From Anaerolineae bacterium (lineage in GTDB: Bacteria; Chloroflexota; Anaerolineae; JACRMK01): a stretch of DNA of 64,000 bases. The first letter of the stretch is position 1; the number at the start of each line of letters is the position of its first letter. Where the stretch lies: contig JBBPZQ010000033.1 in NCBI GenBank assembly GCA_038198935.1, positions 1,484 through 65,483 on the forward strand, written 5' to 3'. The position numbers and the translations under genes were made by a program. Positions 8,932-17,911 of this stretch are shown here, piece by piece. The notes beneath the pieces were generated by a model. The model made no database searches. It was not told the DNA's origin and saw only the letters and a program-made list of their open reading frames with translations.

Positions 8932-9452
8932 ACACGATCGTTCATCGCGTTAAGCAATTCTTGCGCGCGCTGGATGCAGCCGTTGAGGCGCGCGAATTAA
9001 AAGAACTCTCGGAATATCTGGATGCTGCACAGCGAAAGTTGTTCGTGCGCATGAGCACGAGCGATCAGCGTCACTGCCTCGACCTGTTCTACACGTTGCG
9101 CGCACGCGGCGAGTCGGACGAGGCGCTGCTGCAAGCCGCGCTGCTGCACGATGTCGGCAAGTCGCTGGCGCGCATTCGCCTGTGGCATCGCGTCGCGTAT
9201 GTGTTGGCGGGCGCAGCGTCGGTGCATTGGCGCGAGCGATTTTGCCTCGGCGCGCGGCGCGGTTGGCGCTATCCATTTCACGTGCTGGCGCATCACACGG
9301 AACTCGGCGCTGAACTTGCGCGGGGGGCGGCGTGTAATGAAGAAGTGATTGCGCTGATTCGCAATCATCAACGTTCCCTCACGGCACAGATTCAGCTGCC
9401 CGTACCCGCGCAGCGTAAGTTGCGCGCATTGCAGGCAGCCGATGAGGATTAA
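8928..9452 (+). CDS. HD-domain phosphohydrolase-like protein
   Basis: LLHDVGK motif; 174 aa. Overlaps the upstream stop (ATGA) and the downstream start (TAATG). Confidence 0.65.
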   Translation: MNTIVHRVKQFLRALDAAVEARELKELSEYLDAAQRKLFVRMSTSDQRHCLDLFYTLRARGESDEALLQAALLHDVGKSLARIRLWHRVAYVLAGAASVHWRERFCLGARRGWRYPFHVLAHHTELGAELARGAACNEEVIALIRNHQRSLTAQIQLPVPAQRKLRALQAADED

Positions 9453-9520
9453 TGACTAGTCAATCATCCGCGCGCTCGTTCTGGCGAACCGATTACTGGC
9501 GCGGCAAAGTCGAGGTCTCA

Positions 9521-10546
9521 ATGGCACGAGCACGAGTCACCATTATTGGCTTGGGTTTGGTTGGCACGAGCATGGGCTTGGCGCTGCGTCAAGCGAAGCC
9601 TGAGCTTGAGGTCGTCGGCCACGATTTGAATCCCGACGCGACCAAGCGTGCGCAGAAGCTCGGCGCGCTTGAAAAGTCGGAATGGAATCTCATCAGCGCC
9701 GTCGCCAGTGCGGACCTGCTGATTCTCGCCACACCCGCGCTTGCCATCAAAGAAGTGTTCGAGTTGACTAAAGACGACATGAAGGAAGGCTTGGTCATCA
9801 CGGACACGGCAGGCAGCAAAGGTGACGTGCTGCGCTGGGCGAAGGAACTGCTGCCTGCGCATGTTTCGTTCGTCGGCGGCGATCCGCTTGTCGGTCCGCG
9901 CGATGGAGACTCGGTGCCGCGCGCCGACTTATTTAAAGGGGTAACGTATTGTGTCAGCCCACTGGCGACGACGCCCAACGAGGCAATCAACGTCGTCGTG
10001 GGCTTGTTGAATTTGATCGGCGCGAATGCTTACTTCGTTGATCCCGACGAGCACGACGGGTACATCGGACTGGCTGACCATCTCTCGTTCATGCTCTCGA
10101 CTGCGCTGCTGCGCATGGTGAGCAGCAATATCGCGCAGAGTCCGTCCGAGCAAGGCAACTTGCGCCTCATCGCGGACGTGCATCGCATGATCGGGCCTAC
10201 CTTCTTGCGCAGCGCAAGTTTTTCGTCGGACGATCCCAAGACATATCGTGACCTGAGCGTTACCAACCGCGAGAATATCGTGCGCTGGCTCGCCGCGCTG
10301 CGCGATAACTTGGACAGCCTGAGCGCTATCGTGCAGGCGAGCGATCCGAAAGCGTTAGAGGCATTATTTGAGGATGCGTTCACCTTGCGCCACGCCGCCG
10401 CACAGCCGTATCGTGACCGAGACCTCGAAGCCGAGGCGCAAGCCATTCGCACCACAGGCGGATTCGGCCTCAATGATCTGCTCGGCTTGCGCCGCCGCAC
10501 GCCTCCCAAAAGCGGCAAGTCAGACAACGGCAAACGTGGACGATAG
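9521..10546 (+). CDS. tyrA: prephenate/arogenate dehydrogenase
   Basis: MARARVTIIGLGLVGTSMGLAL is a Rossmann N-terminus typical of TyrA, and the rest is similar. An alternative start at 9452 (TAATG coupling) would add 23 atypical residues. Confidence 0.8.
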   Translation: MARARVTIIGLGLVGTSMGLALRQAKPELEVVGHDLNPDATKRAQKLGALEKSEWNLISAVASADLLILATPALAIKEVFELTKDDMKEGLVITDTAGSKGDVLRWAKELLPAHVSFVGGDPLVGPRDGDSVPRADLFKGVTYCVSPLATTPNEAINVVVGLLNLIGANAYFVDPDEHDGYIGLADHLSFMLSTALLRMVSSNIAQSPSEQGNLRLIADVHRMIGPTFLRSASFSSDDPKTYRDLSVTNRENIVRWLAALRDNLDSLSAIVQASDPKALEALFEDAFTLRHAAAQPYRDRDLEAEAQAIRTTGGFGLNDLLGLRRRTPPKSGKSDNGKRGR

Positions 10547-10658
10547 CATTCCTCAATCAATTCACCGCAGACGCATTAAGGGCGCAGAGAACTTGAATGG
10601 ACTCTGCGTTCTTTGTGTCCGCTCATCGTGCGGCAATATTATTCGGCGGAGTTGATAC

Positions 10659-11360
10659 TTGCCTAGCATCTCGGCAGTGATGCCTGCCTACAACGAAGAA
10701 GCGAACATTGCGCCGCAGGTGCTGGAGGTGATCGAGACGCTGCGCAGCATCACGAACGACTTTGAAGTCATCGTCGTCAACGACGGCAGCCGTGACCGCA
10801 CGGGCGCGCTCGTCCGAGAGTTGAGCATTGAGTATCCGCAGGTGCGGCTCATCACGCACGAGCAGAATCAGGGCTACGGCGCGGCGCTGTACGCTGGCTT
10901 TGTCAACGCGACGAAAGAACTCGTATTCCTCACCGATTCGGATCGTCAATTCGATCTCTCCGATGTACAAAAACTACTGCCTTTGATTGAGCAGGCGGAC
11001 ATCGTGGCAGGCTATCGCAACCCGCGCCGCGATCCACCCATTCGCGTGCTGAACGGCATCGGTTGGAGCGCGTTGGTCACCCTGTTGTTCGGCTATATGG
11101 CGCGCGACATTGACTGCGCTTTCAAATTGTTCAAGCGCGAAATCCTTCAGCACATCAAGCCCACCACACGCGGCGCAACCTTTAGCGCCGAGTTCCTTAT
11201 CCGTTCCAAGCGTGCGGGCTACAAGATTGTCGAAGTCGGCGTGAAGCACATGCCGCGCCGCGCGGGCAGCCCGACGGGCGCGCGCCGCGACGTGATCGTG
11301 CGCGCGTTCCGCGAGTTGTTCCGTTTGCGCTGGCAACTGTGGTTTGATGATAAGACATAA
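10659..11360 (+). CDS. glycosyltransferase family 2 (polyprenyl-phosphate sugar transferase-like)
   Basis: SAVMPAYNEE...VIVVNDGSRD...DSD: the GT2 DxD architecture. Confidence 0.85.
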   Translation: MPSISAVMPAYNEEANIAPQVLEVIETLRSITNDFEVIVVNDGSRDRTGALVRELSIEYPQVRLITHEQNQGYGAALYAGFVNATKELVFLTDSDRQFDLSDVQKLLPLIEQADIVAGYRNPRRDPPIRVLNGIGWSALVTLLFGYMARDIDCAFKLFKREILQHIKPTTRGATFSAEFLIRSKRAGYKIVEVGVKHMPRRAGSPTGARRDVIVRAFRELFRLRWQLWFDDKT

Positions 11361-11483
11361 TCTCCCACGCAAATAAAATTTAGAACCAATTGAACCTTTG
11401 CGCGAGTAGCCGACACAATTTGCGCTAGCCTCAATTCCGCATAGAATACCCTCCATGTTAGCCCATATCGCAAAGAGGGAAGC

Positions 11484-12710
11484 GTGAATGAAGTTGCATT
11501 GAAGATATTGATGGTCGCGCCGACCTCCTTCTTCTCATCGTATGGTTGTCACGTGCGCATCGCCGAAGAAGCCGACGGGCTGCGCGCACTCGGTCATCAC
11601 GTTAAGGTCGTCACGTATCATACCGGCGGCAGTTGGAACGGATTGCCCATCGAGCGCGCGCCTGCCATTCCATGGCGCACCGATTACGAGGTCGGATCGT
11701 CGCGGCACAAACTCGCATTCGATCTGCTGCTCGGCGCGAAGGTGCTGCAAGTCGTTGCGCGCGAACGGCCACACATCATCCACGCTCATCTGCACGAAGG
11801 CGCGCTCGTCGCTTTCCCCGCGCATTGGCTTTCGGGCGCGCCGCTCATCTTCGACTTTCAGGGCAGCCTGACAAGCGAGATGGTTGATCATCACTTCCTC
11901 AATAAAGACGGCTGGCTCTACAAGCCTGCACTGCGCGTCGAGCAAATGATTAACAACTTGCCGAATGCGGTCATCGCCTCATCGCAGCGTGGCGTGCGCT
12001 TGTTGCGCGAGCAGTTCGGCTGCCGCAAGGAGCGTATCCTCGTCGTGCCTGATTGTGTCAACGCTCACATTTTTCGTCCCGACGTGTTGAGCGCAGACGA
12101 GCGGCGCGCGCTGAAAGCGCAACTCGGCATACCCGCGGAGCGCAAGGTCGTCGTGTATCTCGGCTTGCTCGCGGAGTATCAGGGCACGGGCATGTTGCTC
12201 GCCGCGGCGCGCGAGCTGTTGAACGCGCGCGACGATCTGCACTTTTTGATCATGGGCTATCCGGGCGAGAGTCAATATCGCGCGCGAGCCGAACAACTCG
12301 GCATCGCCAATCACGTCACGTTCACGGGCCGTATCGCATACGCAGACGCGCCGCGCTATCTTGCCCTTGGCGATGCAGCCGTTGCGCCGAAGGTTTCAGC
12401 CACCGAAGGGATCGGTAAGGTGTTGAACTACATGGCGATGGCGCTGCCGACCGTCGCGTTCGACACCGAAGTGAGCCGCGAGTATCTCTCGCATTGGGGC
12501 ATTTACGCGCGCACCAGCGATGTGTCCGACCTTGCACGCGCGCTGCTATTTGCTTTAGAAGAGCGTGCGCGTCCGCGCGGCTTCGCGCTGCGTGAGCACG
12601 CGCTGCGACATTACACTTGGGAATGGGCGAGCCGAAAAATTGTTGACCTCTACGAGAGCTGCTTACCAGCACATCGCGCAGTTGTACCGCTACCGCGACC
12701 TCGTGCGTAA
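11484..12710 (+). CDS. glycosyltransferase family 4
   Basis: GT-B fold motifs (KILMVAP..., EGIGKVLNYMAMALPTVA). The start could instead be TTG at 11499, giving MKILMVAP. Confidence 0.85.
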   Translation: MNEVALKILMVAPTSFFSSYGCHVRIAEEADGLRALGHHVKVVTYHTGGSWNGLPIERAPAIPWRTDYEVGSSRHKLAFDLLLGAKVLQVVARERPHIIHAHLHEGALVAFPAHWLSGAPLIFDFQGSLTSEMVDHHFLNKDGWLYKPALRVEQMINNLPNAVIASSQRGVRLLREQFGCRKERILVVPDCVNAHIFRPDVLSADERRALKAQLGIPAERKVVVYLGLLAEYQGTGMLLAAARELLNARDDLHFLIMGYPGESQYRARAEQLGIANHVTFTGRIAYADAPRYLALGDAAVAPKVSATEGIGKVLNYMAMALPTVAFDTEVSREYLSHWGIYARTSDVSDLARALLFALEERARPRGFALREHALRHYTWEWASRKIVDLYESCLPAHRAVVPLPRPRA

Positions 12711-13470
12711 TCTGGTCGCGCGCGACCTCAAAGTCCGCTACAAAAATTCGCTGCTCGGCATCATCTGGTCCATGCTCAACCCGCTGGGCATGATGCTCGT
12801 GTTCACCGTCGTGTTCACGATCCTGATTCCGAATAACAGCATCGAACGCTTTCCAATTTTCCTGATGTGTGGGCTGCTGCCGTGGAACTGGTTCTCAGGC
12901 TCGGTTGTCGGCTCGATCTACAGCGTCGTCGGCAACGCACCACTGGTGAAGAAAGTATTTTTCCCGCGCGAGGTGCTGCCCATCTCGATGGTGCTGTCCA
13001 ACCTCGTGCACTTTCTGTTGGCGTTGATCGTTCTATTTGTGCTCATGTTCGTTTCGCAAACGCCGCCCACGCGCTGGCTGGTGTTGCTCCCTATCCTTGT
13101 CGTTATTCAACTGTTGTTCACGCTCGGGCTGGCGTTTTTCCTCTCGGCGATCAACGTGTATTATCGCGACACGGCGCAGATCATGGAAGTACTCATGTTG
13201 GCATGGTTCTTCCTAACGCCGATCTTTTACTCCACTGACCTCATTCCGCAGAGCAAAGAAATCTTCGGCGTGGTGGTGCCCGTACAGCGGCTTGCCTATA
13301 TCGTCAATCCAATGGCGTCGCTGATTGCGTCGTACCGCGTCATTCTCTATGACGGCGCGCCGCCTGCGCTGGACTTCTTCCTGCGCACCGCGCTCACGTC
13401 GCTCATCGTACTCGCGCTCGGCTACTGGTTCTTCCATCGCCTAAGCCGCGACTTCGGCGAAGTGCTCTAA
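12640..13470 (+). CDS. ABC-2 type polysaccharide/O-antigen export permease (Wzm/TagG-like); no cognate ATPase adjacent
   Basis: Signature YRYRDLVRNLVARDLKVRYKNSLLGIIWSMLNPL and six predicted TM segments. The frame opens at 12565 but overlaps the GT4 gene. A TTG at about 12640 is the probable start, though the start codon is uncertain. Confidence 0.75.
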   Translation: MLTSTRAAYQHIAQLYRYRDLVRNLVARDLKVRYKNSLLGIIWSMLNPLGMMLVFTVVFTILIPNNSIERFPIFLMCGLLPWNWFSGSVVGSIYSVVGNAPLVKKVFFPREVLPISMVLSNLVHFLLALIVLFVLMFVSQTPPTRWLVLLPILVVIQLLFTLGLAFFLSAINVYYRDTAQIMEVLMLAWFFLTPIFYSTDLIPQSKEIFGVVVPVQRLAYIVNPMASLIASYRVILYDGAPPALDFFLRTALTSLIVLALGYWFFHRLSRDFGEVL

Positions 13471-13547
13471 TTCGCAATTCGTACTACGCAATTCGTAAGT
13501 GGACATCACGCATTACGGATTGCACATCCCGCATTACGGAATTCTGC
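13471..13547. repeat. tandem/inverted repeat element (CGCAATTCGTA / CGCATTACGGA family)
   Basis: ttcgcaattcgtactacgcaattcgtaagtgg...cgcattacggattgcacatcccgcattacggaattc: two direct copies of each arm. Related to the element at 37606-37658. Confidence 0.55.
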
Positions 13548-13548
13548 T

Positions 13549-14178
13549 ATGCACCCCATCCAAAACTATCTCACCCAACTCAAACTCGTGCTCGACCAAC
13601 TCGACCAGCAGCGCATCGCAGAGTTGATTGCAATCTTGCGATGTGTGCGCGAGCAAGGCAATCACGTTTTCTTTATGGGCAACGGCGGCAGCGGCTCGAC
13701 CGCATCACACTTTGCGACGGACTTGGGCAAGGGTACTGCAATTGCGGGCAAAAAGCATTTCAAGGTGCTGCCACTGAACGATCACTTGCCGACGTTCTCC
13801 GCGTATGCGAACGACATGGGATATGAGACAGTCTTCGCGGAGCAGTTGCGCGCCTTCGTCGAGCGCGGCGATGTGGTGATCGGCTTGAGCGCGAGCGGCA
13901 ACTCACGCAACGTGCTCGAAGCGATGCGCGTCGCGGAGGACGCAGGCGCGATTCGCGTCGGCTTCAGCGGCTACGAAGGCGGCATGCTGATGCGGGCGGT
14001 TGATCTTAACTTGCACGCGCCCGCGCACAATGTGGGCCGTGCTGAAGACGCACACCACGTCATGATGCATCTCATCTGCGACTGCATTCGCAATCAGGGC
14101 GATGAAGCATATGAATTGCCGAAGTGGGTCGTGCGCGAGGATTGGGGCTTGAAAGTGATGCGCGATCATCATCGGTAG
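13549..14178 (+). CDS. gmhA: D-sedoheptulose-7-phosphate isomerase (SIS domain)
   Basis: VFFMGNGGSGSTASHFATDL, GLSASGNSRNVLEA, HHVMMHLICD: GmhA/SIS motifs. Confidence 0.85.
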   Translation: MHPIQNYLTQLKLVLDQLDQQRIAELIAILRCVREQGNHVFFMGNGGSGSTASHFATDLGKGTAIAGKKHFKVLPLNDHLPTFSAYANDMGYETVFAEQLRAFVERGDVVIGLSASGNSRNVLEAMRVAEDAGAIRVGFSGYEGGMLMRAVDLNLHAPAHNVGRAEDAHHVMMHLICDCIRNQGDEAYELPKWVVREDWGLKVMRDHHR

Positions 14179-14673
14179 TGATCACTACAGATATCGAATT
14201 ACGCACCTTGTCTCCGGTTGCAATCGAGAATACTAACGCTGCTTGCGCAAGCGGCACGTCGGAGCGCCGATATGCGCACATGACATGCCCTCTCGAATTT
14301 TGATAGCCAAATCATGGCTCCGTTCGTACTTCGGCAAAATATTCAACATTCCACGCCGCTTCATTTTTGCCGAATGGCCTTGACAATGAGCTAGCTCGCC
14401 ATTCGGTCAAATGCATATCATTCCACTCGATGCCTGCCGCGTCCGCTCCGCTTCTTCCCTCAAAGTTCAACAGCTACTGTGCGTAGAGCATTATTTTTTT
14501 CAGATCAGCCGCTTATGCACGACGGCTTGGAACAAGCGTCGGCGCTGAATGGATATTAACGTGAGCATAATCTTTCGGGGTGTTTGGAATGCGTCCGCCG
14601 TTCAGATGCGTATATAAAAACAGATGCGGAAAAATCCGCATCCTAATCCCGTTCTGTTAATAGGAGGAACGCT

Positions 14674-15339
14674 ATGCAGGCTGATGCAAAGACGGTCACG
14701 ACGAGGCGACAATTTCTAACCAGCACGGTTAAAGTCGCAGGCGGCGCAGCGCTGGCTCTTGCCATCGCAAAGTCGCCATCCGGATTGGGAACTCAGATTG
14801 CCGAAGCATCTACCAGCGGGGACATTGCCATTCTGAATTACGCACTGAAGCTTGAACGCCTCGAAAAGGCATTCTATGTGCAAGGCCAGAGTCGCTTCAC
14901 GATGACGGATTTCACTGGTGCCAATTTCATTCGCGGATTCGGCGGCAGAATCATCAGCAAGGTGTATGACTACTTCAATCTGATTCGCGATCATGAAGTG
15001 GTACACGTGGATACGCTCGTCTCGGTCATTCAGAGCCTCGGCGGCACACCGGTCGCCGCTTGCACGTACAATTTTGGCTATAGCAATGTAGACGGGTACG
15101 TGGCTGTTGCTCAAGCACTCGAAAATACCGGCGTGATGGCATACGACGGGGCGATCAAGCTGATTGAAGACCCGGAACTGCAGCAAGCAGGCGCGACGAT
15201 TGCCACCGTCGAAGCACGCCATGCGTCATACCTGAACCTCTTAAACGGCACGGTGCCGTTCCCCGCGGCATTTGACACGCCGAAAACGATGGACCAGATT
15301 TTGTTCATTGCTGGTCAGTTCATCGTTTCTTGCCCTTGA
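14674..15339 (+). CDS. Tat-signal ferritin-like domain protein (DUF4439 / Ferritin_2-like)
   Basis: Twin-arginine motif TRRQFLTSTVKVAGGAALALA. Ferritin-like four-helix features (ILNYALKLERLEKAFY...EARHASYL). Good RBS AGGAGG. Sits in an AT-rich block. Confidence 0.7.
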   Translation: MQADAKTVTTRRQFLTSTVKVAGGAALALAIAKSPSGLGTQIAEASTSGDIAILNYALKLERLEKAFYVQGQSRFTMTDFTGANFIRGFGGRIISKVYDYFNLIRDHEVVHVDTLVSVIQSLGGTPVAACTYNFGYSNVDGYVAVAQALENTGVMAYDGAIKLIEDPELQQAGATIATVEARHASYLNLLNGTVPFPAAFDTPKTMDQILFIAGQFIVSCP

Positions 15340-15476
15340 CGTTTCTCGTGCGAGCTAGGCTTTTGATAGGGTGTAGTGCTCACCGCGAGCGACGATCTGC
15401 CTGAAACCACCGGGCAGTTCGTCGCTCGCTTCAATTTTGCTACTGACATATAGTCTTGCACTGTTGAACAATGCGA

Positions 15477-15560
15477 CAATCATGGCGATGAAGCATACGA
15501 CTTGCCGAAGTGGATCGTGCGCGAGGATTGGGGCTTGAGGGTAGTCAGTGAAACGTGAGG
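15477..15560 (+). pseudogene. duplicated 3' fragment of gmhA (imperfect direct repeat of 14091-14160)
   Basis: About 62/68 nt identical to the gmhA 3' end. Translates to NHGDEAYDLPKWIVREDWGL, versus NQGDEAYELPKWVVREDWGL in gmhA. No upstream ORF continuity. Confidence 0.55.
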
Positions 15561-15660
15561 CGCGACGCACGTCGAATAGTCTGCATCAGAATGGGACGCA
15601 AGATGCAAGAAGCAGGATCCGTGCAATCCTGAATCTTGCGTCTTGCAGCCTGCATTGCAC

Positions 15661-16344
15661 TTACAGATTCTTCTCCAGAAACTCAATCGTCTGCTTCCAC
15701 GCATCGGCGGCTGCCTCGCGGTTATAGACTTCGGGGCGTGTATCGTTGAAGAACGCGTGGTGCGTGTTGGGATAGACATGTACCTCGATGTGCTTGCCGC
15801 GCTTCTGTATATCCTTTTGCAATTGATCGACCATCTCCGCCTTCGTGAAGTCGTCTTTCTCCGCATAGATGCCGAGCACCGGTGCCTGTAGTTGATCGAG
15901 GTCGCCCATTACGAATGCGTGCACGCCGTAAAAGACCACGCATGCACCAACATTGTCGGGATTGTGCGCCGCTGCAAATAGCGACAGCGCGCCGCCCATA
16001 CAGAAGCCGACCGTGCCGACTTTTTTGCTGGTCACGGCTTCGTGCGCTGAAATGTAATTGATTGCGCCGCGCAAATCTTTCTCGGCGTCGGAGATTTTCA
16101 TCCCCATCATCAACTTGCCCGCTTCGTCGGGCTCCTGATTGGATGCAGCTTTGCCATGATAAAGGTCAGGTGCGAGCGCGACGAAGCCCGCCGCCGCGAA
16201 GCGATCCGCCACATCCTTGATGTGCGGCACCAAACCCCACCACTCTTGAATCACGATCACGCCTCTGCCGCGTCCCGACGCTGGTATCGCAAGGTAGCCT
16301 TGCGCGCTCGTGCCGTTACTCGTGAATGAAACCATTTCGCCCAT
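15661..16344 (-). CDS. dienelactone hydrolase family protein
   Basis: DLH fold motifs (GVIVIQEWWGL, GFCMGG nucleophile elbow, His near the C-terminus). Confidence 0.85.
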   Translation of the reverse strand: MGEMVSFTSNGTSAQGYLAIPASGRGRGVIVIQEWWGLVPHIKDVADRFAAAGFVALAPDLYHGKAASNQEPDEAGKLMMGMKISDAEKDLRGAINYISAHEAVTSKKVGTVGFCMGGALSLFAAAHNPDNVGACVVFYGVHAFVMGDLDQLQAPVLGIYAEKDDFTKAEMVDQLQKDIQKRGKHIEVHVYPNTHHAFFNDTRPEVYNREAAADAWKQTIEFLEKNL

Positions 16345-16535
16345 GTGAAGCCTCCGCTATGAAATGAGATGTGGTAAGGGCATCGCGTATTCTGCCTCTA
16401 CCTGTATGACCTTTGCAGAAATGTTAGCAAAATTAGACGCGCGCGGTCAAGCAATTGACAGAGTCGTTGTTCGCGCGACGTGTAACGATGGGCGCGAGCG
16501 GCACTTCAACTGCTGCTCGGATAGTTAAGCATGCC

Positions 16536-17711
16536 TCACCAATCAACATCCAGCACGCGCTCCAATCGCGTCAAGCCCTCAATCAGCTTCGGCGTTTCCA
16601 CTAATGCCGAGAGCATCAAGAAGCAGCCGCGCTCTTCGTCGTAAAAGTAACCGGGATGTGCGAACAGTCCCGCCTCAAGCATATCGGCTAACAGCAAATC
16701 TTCGGCGTGGCAGTCCACCACTTCCGGAAACAGATACGTCCCGCCAAAAGGCGGCGCGACGCGCACCCAATTGATATTGTGCAAGTGGGCGAGCGCGACG
16801 AGCAAGTTGGATTGAATGCGTGCTCGCATCTGCTCCACGAATGGCCTGCCGCGCTCGAACAAGGTCGGCAGCATGAACTGAGTCAGCGAGTTTGCGCCGA
16901 GCAGTGTATCGCTCAGAAGTTCGAGCGGCTCGATATAATCGTCGGCACTGGGCCCGCTGATGGCGATCCAGCCGAGCTTTAGATCGGGCAGTGCAAACAT
17001 CTTCGAGATGCCGTTGAGATGGAACACCGTCGCGTCGGGATGCAAAGTTCCGATGGGCGGCACGCTGCGCGCGGCGAAAGGAAATTCGCAGAACACTTCG
17101 TCGGCAATGATGGGGAGGTTGGAAGTTGGAAGTCGGAGTGTTTCGGTAATGACGTGTCCCGTCGGATTGTGCGGTGAGATGAGCATGACGGCTCGTGTGC
17201 ATTCATCCATCTGCTCAGTCAATCGTGCACCATCCACTGCCCATTGCAGCGTATGTAGTGAAAACTCGGATTGCGCACCTACAATGTCCAACCAATAGTT
17301 TCGCAATTCGATGTGATTCATCGCCGCGAGGTGACTAAACAACGGGTAACTCGGAATCGGCGCGAGCACGTTGTCGCCCGGCTGTGTGAGCAAGGCGAAC
17401 AGCAGCGAGTACGCCTCATTCGTGCTCGCCGTGATGAAAATATGCTCTGGCGAAATGTCGAGCGGCGGCTCGCGGCGCGCGTAGTATCGCGCGATGGCTT
17501 CTCGGGCGCGCAGGCTGCCCTTCGGGTGCGGCTCGTAGCGCCGCGTGCGCCAATACTCTTCGGAGGCGTCGCGCAGGATGTCGGTCGGGAAGATGAAACC
17601 ATGATGCGTGGGGTTGCTGCTGCTCAGATCAATATAATCGTCGCGCTGCGCAGCTAGTCGGCGCAACTGTTCGAGTGGCGACGGCGTGAGGTCGAGCGCA
17701 GCGAGTGACAT
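16536..17711 (-). CDS. class I/II PLP-dependent aminotransferase
   Basis: SPHNPTGHV and NGISKMF (PLP lysine) motifs. Start chosen at MSLAALDL. The longer ORF-track start is unsupported. Confidence 0.8.
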   Translation of the reverse strand: MSLAALDLTPSPLEQLRRLAAQRDDYIDLSSSNPTHHGFIFPTDILRDASEEYWRTRRYEPHPKGSLRAREAIARYYARREPPLDISPEHIFITASTNEAYSLLFALLTQPGDNVLAPIPSYPLFSHLAAMNHIELRNYWLDIVGAQSEFSLHTLQWAVDGARLTEQMDECTRAVMLISPHNPTGHVITETLRLPTSNLPIIADEVFCEFPFAARSVPPIGTLHPDATVFHLNGISKMFALPDLKLGWIAISGPSADDYIEPLELLSDTLLGANSLTQFMLPTLFERGRPFVEQMRARIQSNLLVALAHLHNINWVRVAPPFGGTYLFPEVVDCHAEDLLLADMLEAGLFAHPGYFYDEERGCFLMLSALVETPKLIEGLTRLERVLDVDW

Positions 17712-17844
17712 GCGCAGAGTGTAGCGAAGAACGGAGTGGAGTACAAGAAATGGTTGGGACGGCCACAACCCTTTATCCATTCCGTACCGCTCACCAGGGG
17801 TTTCTTCCTCAGAGATCAAAATAAAAAACGCCGCCAAGATAATT

Positions 17845-17874
17845 TTGACGTTGCTGTTTTACCCCTCGTATAAT
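17845..17874 (+). promoter_or_regulatory. sigma70-like promoter for the first ABC exporter gene
   Basis: TTGACG (17845-17850), 18-nt spacer, TATAAT (17869-17874), about 38 nt before the ATG at 17912. Confidence 0.5.
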
Positions 17875-17911
17875 GATTCTTTGCCTCGCCATGTATTGTA
17901 GGACGCTGCTC

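Noticed and set aside
12565-12640. ORF-track start of the ABC-2 permease at GTG 12565
   Set aside because: It would overlap the GT4 gene by 146 nt. The conserved permease N-terminus begins about 25 codons later, so a TTG near 12640 is preferred, though it is unproven.
17712-17837. N-terminal 42-codon extension of the aminotransferase
   Set aside because: The extension (MAAFFILISEEETPG...) has no homology support. The internal Met at 17711 gives a typical aminotransferase N-terminus.
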